Shown: positions 1 through 10,670, numbered from the whole stretch's first letter. The stretch: DNA of 61,808 nt, filler included, from 4 parts of 4 records of this genome joined end to end with filler, not necessarily neighbours in it; one strand, 5' to 3'. The notes: generated from the letters alone by a model not told the origin. Made by a program: numbers and translations.

Positions 1-207
1 CCGTTTTATCAGCCAAATCCGTAATATCCGTGTTCTATTTGTTTTTAATAAAACTTAATTTTCATTTCGAGCTAACGCATTCATTTTCAACTAACCTGTA
101 TCGAGAAAATAATAGATTCACAACTTTATTAAGTGATGCGTTTTATTTTCTTATCTGGAAAATATAAGTCATAGCTGAAAGTTTTTATCTTCGCAAAAAC
201 AATACAC

Positions 208-903
208 ATGAAACAGTCAGAATTTATCCCCATTACACAATGGGCGGAAAATGATCGCCCGCGTGAGAAATTACTTGAGAAAGGTGTTAGTGCACTATCT
301 GATGCTGAGTTAATTGCTATTTTACTGGGATCAGGTTCGCGTAATGAGAGTGCAGTTGAGCTTGCCAAAAGAATTTTAAACCATACCGATAATAGCTTTC
401 ATAAATTAGCTCGTTTGTCTGCCGAAGAGTTTTGTCAATTTCAAGGTATTGGCACAGCTAAAGCAGTTACCCTAGTAGCTGCAATGGAAATTGCCCGCAG
501 AAGAAGCCAGCGAAATGATGATGCTGTTTATCGTATAAGAAGCAGTGTTGACGCTTTTGAATTAATGTCGCCACTATTGTCAGACTTAAATCACGAAGAG
601 TTTTGGATCATTCTTTTGACACAATCCAATAAAGTTATTGCCAGAAAAAAAATCAGTATGGGAGGTATTGCCGGAACTGTTACTGATGTACGGATCATTA
701 TGAAGGAAGCTGTATTGGTATCAGCTCCTGCACTTATTTTATCTCATAATCATCCATCAGGTAATATTGAGCCTAGTTATGCCGATGAAAACATTACAAA
801 AAAAATTAAAGAAGGAGCGGAGTTGCTGGATATTAGGGTTCTTGATCACATTGTAATTGGAGCAGATAAGTATTATAGCTTCGCAGATGAGGGCAAAATT
901 TAG
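208..903 (+). CDS. radC: RadC / JAB-domain protein (UPF0758)
   Basis: N-terminal DRPREKL..G...LSDAELIAILLGSG, HhH GIGTAKA, JAB motif HNHPSG..PS.AD and LDHIVI. Confidence 0.95.
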   Translation: MKQSEFIPITQWAENDRPREKLLEKGVSALSDAELIAILLGSGSRNESAVELAKRILNHTDNSFHKLARLSAEEFCQFQGIGTAKAVTLVAAMEIARRRSQRNDDAVYRIRSSVDAFELMSPLLSDLNHEEFWIILLTQSNKVIARKKISMGGIAGTVTDVRIIMKEAVLVSAPALILSHNHPSGNIEPSYADENITKKIKEGAELLDIRVLDHIVIGADKYYSFADEGKI

Positions 904-1970
904 GTAAAAACATTATCTCCATCACCATCCTGAAATTGAAACTGTTCAGCATTTTTAATTTCAAATGATGTATAAATACCCATGGTAAAGGCTTTACTAT
1001 TTATAAATGGTGTTTTAGTCGAATTTAATTCCTTGCTTAATTTTGAGTCAAGTGTTGTAAGTGTTTTGGCTCGAGAATTATAACAAATATCAAGAATAGC
1101 CTTTGCTGCAAGTTGGATGTTTGAGTACTGGAGGTATGTAACTTTAATGTTCTTTTCTTTTTCCAACAACATTAGGTATGCTTTGCGGCTATCTTTTTCT
1201 ACTTCTACGAAATGATACTTATAGTTTTTAGTATAAAAACTAAACGGATAGCTGAAATTTTTAAATTTTTTATCCTGTGTTAACCACGGATAAGATAAAA
1301 TCCAATCAAATTCCTTTTCATATCTGCCAAAAAGATTGTTTTCATTGCAAATGTTTTTTACAAAGTCTGCAGGGAATTGATGTGAGTAGTGAGTAACCTT
1401 AATTGATTTATCAATTTTATAGCTTAATCTTTTCAAAAAAGTAGAAACGTTGATAAAAACATGAGCAAATGGAATGATTACTCTGTATAGCAAGTTTCGA
1501 TTTCTTAGATATGTGGCAATATTAATATTGCCATAAAATCTTTTGCCTGTTCTTTCAGTTAATGCGTTAAACTTGCCGGATTCAGTATATAAATAATGAG
1601 ATTCAATGGCATAATTTGTATACATTAATTTGCCATTGTGATCTTTGTAAATTTCATCTAAAAGGACTTTAGAATAACCTTTGCACCTGTGTTTAGGATG
1701 TGTGAAATTACCACTTAACCATACAAATCTTTCTGTTTTATCTCCTTGTTTAATTAAATCAGGAAGAACTGTTCGAAAGCAAACTAATTTGTTTTCTAAC
1801 AAGAGCATGTAGATTACATTGTCATCATCTTTACTCCGCGGATTTTTGATATATGATATAGCTCGGTTTGGAGAAATTGGTTTAATCTCCAGCTGCTTGA
1901 AGAAATCACTTGCAATAAATTCCTCAATTTCACGGATTGATATTTTTTTGATTGTTATAGCGTTGTTCAT
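900..1970 (-). CDS. GNAT-fold acetyltransferase-like protein
   Basis: WLSGNFTHPKHRCKGYSKVLL resembles the GNAT acetyl-CoA binding motif A; last gene of a tightly packed three-gene operon. Confidence 0.65.
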   Translation of the reverse strand: MNNAITIKKISIREIEEFIASDFFKQLEIKPISPNRAISYIKNPRSKDDDNVIYMLLLENKLVCFRTVLPDLIKQGDKTERFVWLSGNFTHPKHRCKGYSKVLLDEIYKDHNGKLMYTNYAIESHYLYTESGKFNALTERTGKRFYGNINIATYLRNRNLLYRVIIPFAHVFINVSTFLKRLSYKIDKSIKVTHYSHQFPADFVKNICNENNLFGRYEKEFDWILSYPWLTQDKKFKNFSYPFSFYTKNYKYHFVEVEKDSRKAYLMLLEKEKNIKVTYLQYSNIQLAAKAILDICYNSRAKTLTTLDSKLSKELNSTKTPFINSKAFTMGIYTSFEIKNAEQFQFQDGDGDNVFT

Positions 1971-1971
1971 A

Positions 1972-2901
1972 TCAATCTCTGGTTACAGTGTTTTTGTTGG
2001 CAATTGCCCTGAGCTTAAAGTAAAGATATTCGTATTTGAAAATTTGACTGGCAGCAGACAATCTTTTGGGTTCCATCGGGATTCGCTGAAAATGATTGGC
2101 AAACATATCGTATTTTAATCCTGCCGTGCCTAATGAAATGTCAATTAAATGATCGTCCTGAGCTTTTTGCAAGAGTTTGTTTGTAATGCCATCATCAGTA
2201 TATGGAAATGCAAAAGCTTTAATTGATGGTTTAAATTGATTCTGAATCCATTTCATGCTGAATGCAATTTGCTCGTACTGTTTTTCAAATGAAATATCAT
2301 AAAATTCTGGATGGTCCATGCTGTGACCACCAATTAGGAATCCATCATCATGAAGCGATTTAACTTCTTCCAGAGTCATGTAAGGATTGTGTTTTTTAGC
2401 TAAACCTTCCAAATCAATATTTTTTGATTCTGCTAATTCTATTAAAGCATTTTTTTCATTATACGATTTAAATTCACCAGATAAACCAGGTATTTCGGTT
2501 AAAGCCAGTTCATATAAAAACCGATGATATATTTTATCATTATTGATAAAGTTTGGATTGATAAAGAACGAAGCAGGGATTCCTTTTTCTTTTAAAATGG
2601 GTCCAATTGTGGTATAGCATGATTGCAAACCATCGTCAAATGTGAAGTGAATAAGGTTCTTATTTGCTTGATTTTGTGTAATCTCTTCCAGACTAACTGG
2701 TTCATAATTTTTACATAAAAAGTCAATATCTTTTTTAAATCGGGCAACAGATTTTACACCGTAAGCTGAAATATAAGGTGGGGGTTCATCAGCAATGGCA
2801 TGATATAAAACTATTTTTGGGGGATGTTTTTTGCTTTTTAAAACTCCCAATGGTAGTAAATTGCTTGAATATCTTATGCTATTTCTAAAAAACTGAATCA
2901 C
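1972..2901 (-). CDS. Polysaccharide deacetylase (NodB/CE4 family)
   Basis: LYH, FTFDDG, GGHSMDH and FAFPY motifs. Confidence 0.88.
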   Translation of the reverse strand: MIQFFRNSIRYSSNLLPLGVLKSKKHPPKIVLYHAIADEPPPYISAYGVKSVARFKKDIDFLCKNYEPVSLEEITQNQANKNLIHFTFDDGLQSCYTTIGPILKEKGIPASFFINPNFINNDKIYHRFLYELALTEIPGLSGEFKSYNEKNALIELAESKNIDLEGLAKKHNPYMTLEEVKSLHDDGFLIGGHSMDHPEFYDISFEKQYEQIAFSMKWIQNQFKPSIKAFAFPYTDDGITNKLLQKAQDDHLIDISLGTAGLKYDMFANHFQRIPMEPKRLSAASQIFKYEYLYFKLRAIANKNTVTRD

Positions 2902-3797
2902 TTTAAAAAGAGTTTTAATAATGGGTTTGCTATTCTTTTGGCAATTGTATAATATTCAGGTGTAGCTCCAAATCTGGCAAAAAAGGTGGCAATACCCTCA
3001 ATTGATGAGCCTTCAAAATCCAACATCAGATTTTTACCTGCATTTATTTTAATTATTTGATCCATAATTGCATACATAGCTCTGTTGGTTTTTCCAGCAT
3101 TGTTTGACACACCATTTAAATACAGTAGTCGTTCATTTGTTTTGATGAAAACTCCTGCAGCACAGAGCAGTTCTTTTTCATCATATGCTCCAATTATTTC
3201 ACAAATATTACGTTTTTTACAGGCTTCTATTATCAATCTTAATTTCTTGATATTGTTCTCATTGATGAGATTTTCTGTAGATTCTTTTTTAAGATATAAA
3301 TACGCTTCAGTCTCAATATGATTTTTTAACGTAACGTTTTTTCTGGCATTGTTCACATATCTTTTATGACTCTTACTATAATTAGATTTTAAATCATCAT
3401 ATGCTTGATTTAAGCAAAGCAAATAATTTGGTTTTTTAATGTAGCTAAACCGTTTATTAGTAAGTTTATTTTCACTGTTAAAAGCTATCAAACTATAAGC
3501 ACTAAGTTTAGCAGCATATTCTGCGAAAAGATCAGTTAATTTATCCGGCGGATTTGGAAAAACACCATGCTGTTGTGCATAGGTAGGTTGGTAAGTATAT
3601 GTAAGACCATGCTTTTTTGACTGTGCAATGGGCATTACATAAGTATAGTCATCCATAATTATTCCGGACCACTCTGGAGCCACAATATCTAAATACCAAC
3701 TATATGCATAAAGTCTGCTGTTTTGAGCCTGCTCAATGGTTCTGTCCCATTTATCGCGATTTATATTTTGATTTTTAACAAGTCTGACTTTTTGCAT
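2898..3797 (-). CDS. FemAB-like/GNAT family protein (start revised to MQKVRL)
   Basis: INRDKWD..I, YAYSWYLD, YQPTYAQQHG, LDFEGSSIEGIATFF..FGA typical of Bacteroidota FemAB-like GNATs; TATATTTG -7 promoter element on the minus strand at 3827-3834 lies inside the longer ORF. Confidence 0.75.
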   Translation of the reverse strand: MQKVRLVKNQNINRDKWDRTIEQAQNSRLYAYSWYLDIVAPEWSGIIMDDYTYVMPIAQSKKHGLTYTYQPTYAQQHGVFPNPPDKLTDLFAEYAAKLSAYSLIAFNSENKLTNKRFSYIKKPNYLLCLNQAYDDLKSNYSKSHKRYVNNARKNVTLKNHIETEAYLYLKKESTENLINENNIKKLRLIIEACKKRNICEIIGAYDEKELLCAAGVFIKTNERLLYLNGVSNNAGKTNRAMYAIMDQIIKINAGKNLMLDFEGSSIEGIATFFARFGATPEYYTIAKRIANPLLKLFLK

Positions 3798-3983
3798 ATT
3801 GCCTAAGCAATTAAGTTTTGAATTAACAAATATACAAATCATATGTGAACTGCTATATCACACTCGAATAAATGACATTTTCCTTATTAACTTGAGTTTC
3901 ATATATGGTAATGTTTGTTTCACGATTAGTTTTGTTATTTTTGTTGTGTGATTTCATAACCTTGTCGAAAAAAGATACAACAA

Positions 3984-4640
3984 ATGAAGATTTATAACCT
4001 TGGCGACACAGATTCTGTTTTTAATCGATTTATTGTAGAAATGCGGGATGCTATGATTCAAAAGGATCCTATGCGTTTTAGAGAAAACATGAAGCGTATT
4101 GGTGCTTTGATGGGCTATGAAATTAGCAAAACGCTCGAATATGAGGATAGCGAAGTTATTACGCCATTAGGTACTGCCAGAATGCGTGATGTGAATGAAA
4201 AAATTGTACTGGCAACTATTTTAAGAGCAGGTTTGCCAATGCAAGATGGATTGCTCAGTATCTTTGACCGTGCAGAGAATGCGTTTGTCTCTGCGTATCG
4301 GAAATATGAACAAGGCGATGATTTTCACATAGAATTTGAACATTTTTCTGCACCAAGGTTAGATGACAAAGTGATGATTCTTTCAGACCCAATGTTGGCT
4401 ACAGGTGCTTCAATGGAGATTTCATATAAAGCTTTACTGAAAAACGGACAACCCAAACATACTCATATAGCTACAATTATTGCTTCAAAAGAAGGAGTAG
4501 ATTTTATTAAGGAAAAATTAGCTGGTGTAGATGTTACACTTTGGGTAGGGGCAGTAGATGATGAGTTAACTTCAAAATCTTATATTGTTCCGGGGCTTGG
4601 AGATGCTGGTGATTTAGCATTTGGAGAAAAGTCAGGTTGA
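3984..4640 (+). CDS. upp: Uracil phosphoribosyltransferase
   Basis: ILRAGL, DPMLATGAS PRPP-binding motif, YIVPGLGDAGD. Confidence 0.97.
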   Translation: MKIYNLGDTDSVFNRFIVEMRDAMIQKDPMRFRENMKRIGALMGYEISKTLEYEDSEVITPLGTARMRDVNEKIVLATILRAGLPMQDGLLSIFDRAENAFVSAYRKYEQGDDFHIEFEHFSAPRLDDKVMILSDPMLATGASMEISYKALLKNGQPKHTHIATIIASKEGVDFIKEKLAGVDVTLWVGAVDDELTSKSYIVPGLGDAGDLAFGEKSG

Positions 4641-4645
4641 TATAA

Positions 4646-5146
4646 CTATTTAACTTTCCAAACTTTTCCATTATCCTTGCACTCTTGTAGCAGGGTAGTA
4701 ATTGTTTTACCTATTTTAGGGTGTTTGAATGTTGGCGCTAGCTCATGTATTGGTTCTAATACAAATCTTCTTTCATGCAGTCGTGGGTGGGGAACTTGAA
4801 GATTAGGTAAATCAATAATTTGTTCGTCATAGAATAAAATGTCAATATCTAAAATCCGGGCTTCATAGTAATCTTTAGTTTTTGCAATTCTGCCAGCGTT
4901 TTTCTCAATGTTTTGCAATATTTTTAGTAACTCAATCGGAAGAAGTTTTGTTTTAATTTGCAGCGCTTGATTCAAAAAGTTATTCGATTCAAAACCCCAC
5001 GCTTCTGAACCATAAAGGCTACTTTCATGAAGCACCAGGCCGCCATTTATTTCAATGCTTTGTTTAGCGAATTTCAGGTTAGCTTTTAGATCGCCAATGT
5101 TGGTTCCGGTCAAAAGTATCGCAATATGAGTGTTATCTTGTTGCAT
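4646..5146 (-). CDS. folK: 2-amino-4-hydroxy-6-hydroxymethyldihydropteridine diphosphokinase
   Basis: GTNIGD, FLNQA, RILDIDIL, PHPRLHERRFVLEP. Confidence 0.96.
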   Translation of the reverse strand: MQQDNTHIAILLTGTNIGDLKANLKFAKQSIEINGGLVLHESSLYGSEAWGFESNNFLNQALQIKTKLLPIELLKILQNIEKNAGRIAKTKDYYEARILDIDILFYDEQIIDLPNLQVPHPRLHERRFVLEPIHELAPTFKHPKIGKTITTLLQECKDNGKVWKVK

Positions 5147-5210
5147 TTACTAAGGTTTTATCCGCAAAAGCCAAAGTAAAACAATAATTCACATTATTCA
5201 ATATATTTTG

Positions 5211-5218
5211 TAAATTTG
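5211..5218 (+). promoter_or_regulatory. Bacteroidota -7 promoter element (TAnnTTTG) upstream of sppA
   Basis: TAAATTTG about 60 nt before the sppA ATG. Confidence 0.6.
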
Positions 5219-5275
5219 GTCCTCAAAGTGTATTTGACTCTTAAAACCATTAATTACTAATTAAAAATTATTCCC

Positions 5276-7045
5276 ATGAAAAGTTTTTTAAAGTATTTCT
5301 TAGCCTCATTTTTGGCTGCAATTATCGCTTTTGTAGTTGGAATTCTTATTCTTTTCGGTGTGGTTGGATCCATGCTAAACCAGGAAAAAGTTGTTGAAGT
5401 AAAACCTAATAGTGTGCTTCAATTAACTTTTGATAATGCTGTTATGGATATGGCTCCAAATAACCCATTAGAGAATTTTGACCCAATTGGAATGTCCTCT
5501 GAAGGTGGTGTGAGTCTCAAAAAAATCTTGAATCATATTGAGAAAGCATCTGCTGATAAAAACATCAAAGGTATATTTATGTATGTGGATGATGTGAGCG
5601 CAGGGATGGCAACGTTAAGTGAAATAAGATCGCAACTTGAATCATTTAAAGACAGTAATAAGTTTATTGTGGCCTATGGAAATTATTATTCACAAAAAGC
5701 ATATTATTTGGCTACTGTTGCCGATAAAGTTTATGTAAATCCTGAAGGTTTAGCTGGTATGACTGGTTTAGCTTCACAAGTGATGTTTTTTAAGAAAACT
5801 CTAGCTAAAATGGGAATTGAGCCACAAGTTATCAGACACGGTAAGTATAAAAGTGCAGTTGAGCCGTTCCTTGATAATAAAATGAGTGAAGCTAATCGTG
5901 AGCAAATTAGTGCTTACCTCGGATCATTATGGAATGAAATGTTGAAAAAAGTAGCTGAATCACGTGGGTTAACTGTTGAAGGCTTGCAAGCTATTGCTGA
6001 TGAAATGACTGTAACAAATGTGGATGAGGCTGTTGAAGCAAATCTTGTTGATGGTGCTCGCTATTATGATCAGGTTATTGATGAACTAAAAGCTAAAACT
6101 GAAGTAGCCGAGGACAAGGATCTTGAGATGGTTAAGTTTAAAGATTACCTACATTCGCCTGCTCTGGAGAGCAATAAGTTGATGTCATCAATGGATAAAA
6201 TAGCAGTTATTTATGCCCAGGGTGAGATCGGAAGTGGGAAAGGAAGTGTGGCAGAAATAGGAACTGAGAATGTAGCAAAAGCTATGCGTAAAGCTCGCAA
6301 GGATGATAAAATCAAAGCTATTGTACTTCGTGTAAATAGTCCGGGAGGAAGCGCACTTACTTCTGAAGTTATTCTTCGTGAAGTTGAATTAACCAAGGGT
6401 GTAAAACCAATCGTCGCCTCAATGGGTGATGTAGCAGCAAGTGGTGGATACTACATCAGTTGCCTGGCAGATACTATCGTGGCAAGTCCAACAACTATAA
6501 CAGGTTCAATTGGTGTGTTTGGTTTATTGTTCCAGGCTCAAGAGTTAATTGAAGATAAGATTGGTATTAATATAGAAACTGTGAAAACAGCAAAGCATGC
6601 TGATCTTGGATCACAGTTCCGTCCTTTAACAAAGAAAGAGCATGATGTAATTAAAAAATCAATTGAAGATATTTATACCACATTTATAACACATGTGTCA
6701 AAAGGGCGTGGTATGTCAACAGAAGCTGTTGATGAAATAGCTCAGGGCCGTGTTTGGAGTGGAGCTGATGCTAAGGAAATTGGTCTTGTTGATATACTTG
6801 GCGGATTGAATGATGCGGTTGCAATTGCAGCGGAAATGGCTGGTTCTAAGGATTATATTGTAAAAGAATATCCAAAACAAAAAGATCCATTGCAACAAAT
6901 ATTAGAAGATTTCGGTGCCAGTGCATCAATAGAATCTATTTTAGTGAATAATCATCAGTTGAGTCCTTACTTTAAGCATTTGAAAAGCTTATCCAAAATG
7001 AAGGGTATTCAAATGCGTTTACCATATGATATCTATATTGAATAA
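5276..7045 (+). CDS. sppA: Signal peptide peptidase SppA, 67-kDa type (protease IV)
   Basis: N-terminal TM, GKYKSAVEP, LRVNSPGGSA, SMGDVAASGGY, TITGSIGVFG. Confidence 0.96.
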   Translation: MKSFLKYFLASFLAAIIAFVVGILILFGVVGSMLNQEKVVEVKPNSVLQLTFDNAVMDMAPNNPLENFDPIGMSSEGGVSLKKILNHIEKASADKNIKGIFMYVDDVSAGMATLSEIRSQLESFKDSNKFIVAYGNYYSQKAYYLATVADKVYVNPEGLAGMTGLASQVMFFKKTLAKMGIEPQVIRHGKYKSAVEPFLDNKMSEANREQISAYLGSLWNEMLKKVAESRGLTVEGLQAIADEMTVTNVDEAVEANLVDGARYYDQVIDELKAKTEVAEDKDLEMVKFKDYLHSPALESNKLMSSMDKIAVIYAQGEIGSGKGSVAEIGTENVAKAMRKARKDDKIKAIVLRVNSPGGSALTSEVILREVELTKGVKPIVASMGDVAASGGYYISCLADTIVASPTTITGSIGVFGLLFQAQELIEDKIGINIETVKTAKHADLGSQFRPLTKKEHDVIKKSIEDIYTTFITHVSKGRGMSTEAVDEIAQGRVWSGADAKEIGLVDILGGLNDAVAIAAEMAGSKDYIVKEYPKQKDPLQQILEDFGASASIESILVNNHQLSPYFKHLKSLSKMKGIQMRLPYDIYIE

Positions 7046-7065
7046 ACGAATTATTCATTTGAAAA

Positions 7066-7093
7066 GAAGGCCGGAATTGATATTTCGGCCTTC
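7066..7093. terminator. Probable bidirectional intrinsic terminator between convergent genes
   Basis: GAAGGCCGGAAT-TGAT-ATTTCGGCCTTC hairpin between the sppA stop and the convergent gene's stop. Confidence 0.7.
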
Positions 7094-7099
7094 ATTATT

Positions 7100-9586
7100 T
7101 TAGAATTCTATCTTAAGCTGTGCTCTGATTCCAAACCTTGGGATTTCTGCGAAGTTTTCAGCACTTTCAACTCCTGCAGGGGCTTCAAGGTATGATAAAC
7201 GCCACATGGCATCAATTCTAAATAGTTTGAAGATGTTTTCAATACCAACACTAGCTTCCATATACGGTTCCTTTAAACCTCTTAAATTATCAGGGAATGC
7301 CATGGCTTTTTTATTTCGTTCACTAACTCTACCAATTAAGCCTTTAGCTGCAACTACTTCTCTCCATTTGAGTTTGCGAAATAATGGTACTCTATTTAGG
7401 AAGAAACCTTCAAAATGGTGCTCTACAAATAAGCTTACATACCTGTCACTTACAAACTCATAGTAGTTCATCATGTTAAATGCATAGTCATCATAAGCGT
7501 AGGTTTCATTACCTTCGTGCAGTTGAAGCAGAGGATAAGGCGCTGTGCCAATGTAATATCCTCCATCAATAATATATCTGAAACGCCCAAAAGGATTAAG
7601 ATTGAATTTGTGGTCAATGCTTGCATGTATCTTATAATATTCGTGGCGACTTTTAATTACATCATTCAACCCGATAATAAAGTCGAGATTCAAAATGGGA
7701 TACTTAGTCCCTAAGCTCACTCGTTCAAACTCACCCATTAAGAATTTTTCATTGTAAGCAAACCTGGTATTTATTTTTATCTCAGCGCTTGATACTGTGC
7801 TGTATGAAATTGTATCGATAGGTGTATAAACATCAAAAGGTACGTAAACTGTTCCGAAAACTCTTCGGCCTTCAAGTGTAATTGTATTTGAGAAGCCTTG
7901 ATACCATTCATGTTCATAAAAAACAGAGGCTCCATTCACCATTGTCAGCTTTTTATTGTAGGTGCGTCTTAAAAATGAGGCCAAAATATTGTCTTGCGTG
8001 AATGCATTTTGACTGATGCCAAGCTGCTCCATGTCATGCTTTATGTCAAAACCTGTAGATCGACGTGGGTTTTTATTGAGCATGTAAAGCGTCCCAAAAG
8101 CACCTTTAAACCTTTCATCTTTTTCACCATATGCAATATGAGTAGTGAACATAACATCGGTACTAAAATCATTGCTGGTTCGTCCCCCAAATCTAAACCG
8201 ATGTCCTTCAATAGCATTAAAGCTATATAGTTTAAAGTATGGTCCTATTTCGAAAAATCCAATTACATAATGTCCGGTAATTAGCGTATTGACCACATCA
8301 ATCCATGTTTGAAAAATGGGAACTTGTTTAATAGAGTCAACCATTTTATAAATGTTGTTCTCTTTTTCAGTCAAAAATTCGTGTCGGTTTTCTGCCCAAT
8401 AATCATCATTTCTGTCATTTACACTATCTTTTGTAATGGTTTCCTGAGCAACTCTTGGGTTAAAAAATCCATCCGGGACTTTGAAATTTAATTTTACATC
8501 TCTGTAGGAGGTAGTTTTTCTTCCAAAAATACCGGTTGTTTTTTCTGCAATATTGAAATCAATGAAATAGTGTTCACGTTTCAAAAACCAAAGTGAATCC
8601 TGTACTTTCTGATATTCCATCTCAGCATAAAAGTCGTTTACAAAGTTGATGTTTGCATCTTTTTCAATTCTAATATTGACTTTCTTAATAGCATAAGTGG
8701 TATCGTGCACCCAGAAATCACCAGCAAAAGTTGGTTCTTGTTTTCGCTTTGGGATAAATGAAATTTGATAACACCAGGAATTGTCTAAATAGGCACTGTC
8801 CACCAGATAGTATTTGTAATACATTTTCCCAAAGCTGGCAATAGGACTTACAAATCCTTTTCCAAAAATACTTATGAAATTTTCATAAATATTAACTTGT
8901 AGATACATTTGACCGGTGAATTCAGATATTTTTTCATTTTTCACACCTGATATATTACTGGCATGAATAATTTCTTTTTCTTTTTTTGGACTTTTTTGAA
9001 AGTAAAAATCAGATAATGTCTCTGTGATGAATACCGGCAAATAACTTTTTCCTGTAATGGCACTTGTGTCAACATAATCAAAAACAAACTGGAATTGGTT
9101 AAAAAGGACATTATCCTGAAAGTTTTCATCCACATTGCTCAGGTCAATTTCCATTTTGTTGTATACTTCATAGCTGTAGCTTTCCCATCTTTCTTTGTTG
9201 TTTCGGTCACGGTTTTCATCAATTTTTCTAAGTAACACATGAGCCGGGTTTTCACCGGGTAATACAACAATTTCCTGAAGTTGAACACTGCTTGATTTCA
9301 TTGAAGTGTTGATAGTTTGAAAGCTGTTCATTTGTACTTTGTAGCTTTCTTTATCGTAACCAACATATGAAAATACCAGGGTGTCTACAGTTTGTTTGGT
9401 TTGTATAAAGTAATTTCCATTAAAATCAGTGATTACTCCTACAGTTGTACCTTTAAAAGATACATTTACAAAAGGCAAGGGCTCACCTGTATCAACATCT
9501 TTTACAACACCACGTACTTTCGTTTGCGCAAAAGTAGAGGTTGCAAAAGTTATAATTGTCAATAAGGTAAGTAAGCGTTTAATCAC
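7100..9586 (-). CDS. Outer-membrane protein with N-terminal carboxypeptidase-regulatory-like domain (DUF5686-type)
   Basis: Signal peptide, GVVKDVDTGEPLPFVNV..GTT.GVITDFNG, FNAIEGHRFRFGGRT, PYMEASVGIENIFK, C-terminal Phe. Confidence 0.85.
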   Translation of the reverse strand: MIKRLLTLLTIITFATSTFAQTKVRGVVKDVDTGEPLPFVNVSFKGTTVGVITDFNGNYFIQTKQTVDTLVFSYVGYDKESYKVQMNSFQTINTSMKSSSVQLQEIVVLPGENPAHVLLRKIDENRDRNNKERWESYSYEVYNKMEIDLSNVDENFQDNVLFNQFQFVFDYVDTSAITGKSYLPVFITETLSDFYFQKSPKKEKEIIHASNISGVKNEKISEFTGQMYLQVNIYENFISIFGKGFVSPIASFGKMYYKYYLVDSAYLDNSWCYQISFIPKRKQEPTFAGDFWVHDTTYAIKKVNIRIEKDANINFVNDFYAEMEYQKVQDSLWFLKREHYFIDFNIAEKTTGIFGRKTTSYRDVKLNFKVPDGFFNPRVAQETITKDSVNDRNDDYWAENRHEFLTEKENNIYKMVDSIKQVPIFQTWIDVVNTLITGHYVIGFFEIGPYFKLYSFNAIEGHRFRFGGRTSNDFSTDVMFTTHIAYGEKDERFKGAFGTLYMLNKNPRRSTGFDIKHDMEQLGISQNAFTQDNILASFLRRTYNKKLTMVNGASVFYEHEWYQGFSNTITLEGRRVFGTVYVPFDVYTPIDTISYSTVSSAEIKINTRFAYNEKFLMGEFERVSLGTKYPILNLDFIIGLNDVIKSRHEYYKIHASIDHKFNLNPFGRFRYIIDGGYYIGTAPYPLLQLHEGNETYAYDDYAFNMMNYYEFVSDRYVSLFVEHHFEGFFLNRVPLFRKLKWREVVAAKGLIGRVSERNKKAMAFPDNLRGLKEPYMEASVGIENIFKLFRIDAMWRLSYLEAPAGVESAENFAEIPRFGIRAQLKIEF

Positions 9587-10332
9587 GATTTCGGTTTGTT
9601 TTTTCTCAATTGGAAGTTTTTACCAAGATATAATCTCCGAACTTGTTCATCTGAAGCAAGATCTTCTGCTGTTCCTTTTTTCAAAATGGATCCTTCAAAA
9701 AGCAAATATGCCCGGTCGGTAATGGATAATGTTTCATGTACATTATGGTCCGTGATTAATATCCCGATGTTCTTGTCTTTTAAAGTGTAAACAATATCCT
9801 GAATATCTTCAACGGCAATTGGGTCAACGCCTGCAAAAGGTTCATCGAGTAAAATAAATGATGGGTCAAGTGCTAAAGCTCTGGCTATTTCTGTTCTTCT
9901 TCGCTCACCTCCTGAAAGTTGTATTCCTAAGTTTTTACGACGCTGAGCAAGATTGAATTCGTTGAGTAATTTTTCTAACTTTTCTTGTCTGACTTCTTTC
10001 TTGTAACCAGCCATCTCCATAACCGACATTATATTGTCTTCAACTGTCATTTTTCTGAAAACAGAAGCTTCCTGAGCCAGATAGCCAATTCCCATTTTAG
10101 CTCTTTGATAAACGGGCTTTTCAGTGATATCCTTTTCATCAAGGAATATTTTACCTGCATTAGGTCTAATAAGTCCCACTATCATATAAAACGAAGTGGT
10201 TTTGCCGGCACCATTGGGGCCTAGTAATCCTACTATCTCACCTTGATTTACCTCTACTGAAACACCTTTTACAACTGTTCGGCTTTTGTATTTTTTTACA
10301 ATACTTTTGGTATATAATTTTTTCTTTGTCAT
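9583..10332 (-). CDS. lptB: LPS export ABC transporter ATP-binding protein
   Basis: GLLGPNGAGKTTSFYM, LSGGERRRTEIARAL, LDEPFAGVDPI, ITDHNV. Confidence 0.96.
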   Translation of the reverse strand: MTKKKLYTKSIVKKYKSRTVVKGVSVEVNQGEIVGLLGPNGAGKTTSFYMIVGLIRPNAGKIFLDEKDITEKPVYQRAKMGIGYLAQEASVFRKMTVEDNIMSVMEMAGYKKEVRQEKLEKLLNEFNLAQRRKNLGIQLSGGERRRTEIARALALDPSFILLDEPFAGVDPIAVEDIQDIVYTLKDKNIGILITDHNVHETLSITDRAYLLFEGSILKKGTAEDLASDEQVRRLYLGKNFQLRKNKPKS

Positions 10333-10465
10333 CTATATCCGGAAATTACTTTGATAACTTCTTTTGACTTAGCAAATATTTATTTGCTAAACACCAAAAA
10401 ACAAAAATAGATCATTTTAGCATTGTGTAAAAGATATTATTGTTTTATTTTTAAGGAAAAAAGCA

Positions 10466-10669
10466 ATGGAAAATTATATCATACTTGGAGGATTAGCTGT
10501 AATATTCTTATTGGTCATTTATTTATTATTTGAAATATTCAAGTTAAAGCGTAAAATTCGCGAGACAGAGGTTGAAACACTTGAGAAAATTAACCTGACA
10601 ATTAAGAGTATTGATACCGATGTGAAGGAGCTTAAAAAGAATGTCTACAGCACATTGGATAAAAAATAG
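10466..10669 (+). CDS. Small single-pass membrane protein with coiled coil, hypothetical
   Basis: Hydrophobic N-terminus then heptad-like charged region; fills the gap between lptB and the convergent permease. Confidence 0.65.
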   Translation: MENYIILGGLAVIFLLVIYLLFEIFKLKRKIRETEVETLEKINLTIKSIDTDVKELKKNVYSTLDKK

Positions 10670-10670
10670 C

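Noticed and set aside
208-903. radC as a marker of a mobile element or defence island
   Set aside because: It is the full-length housekeeping type with an HhH region, among core genes, with no integrase or transposase nearby.
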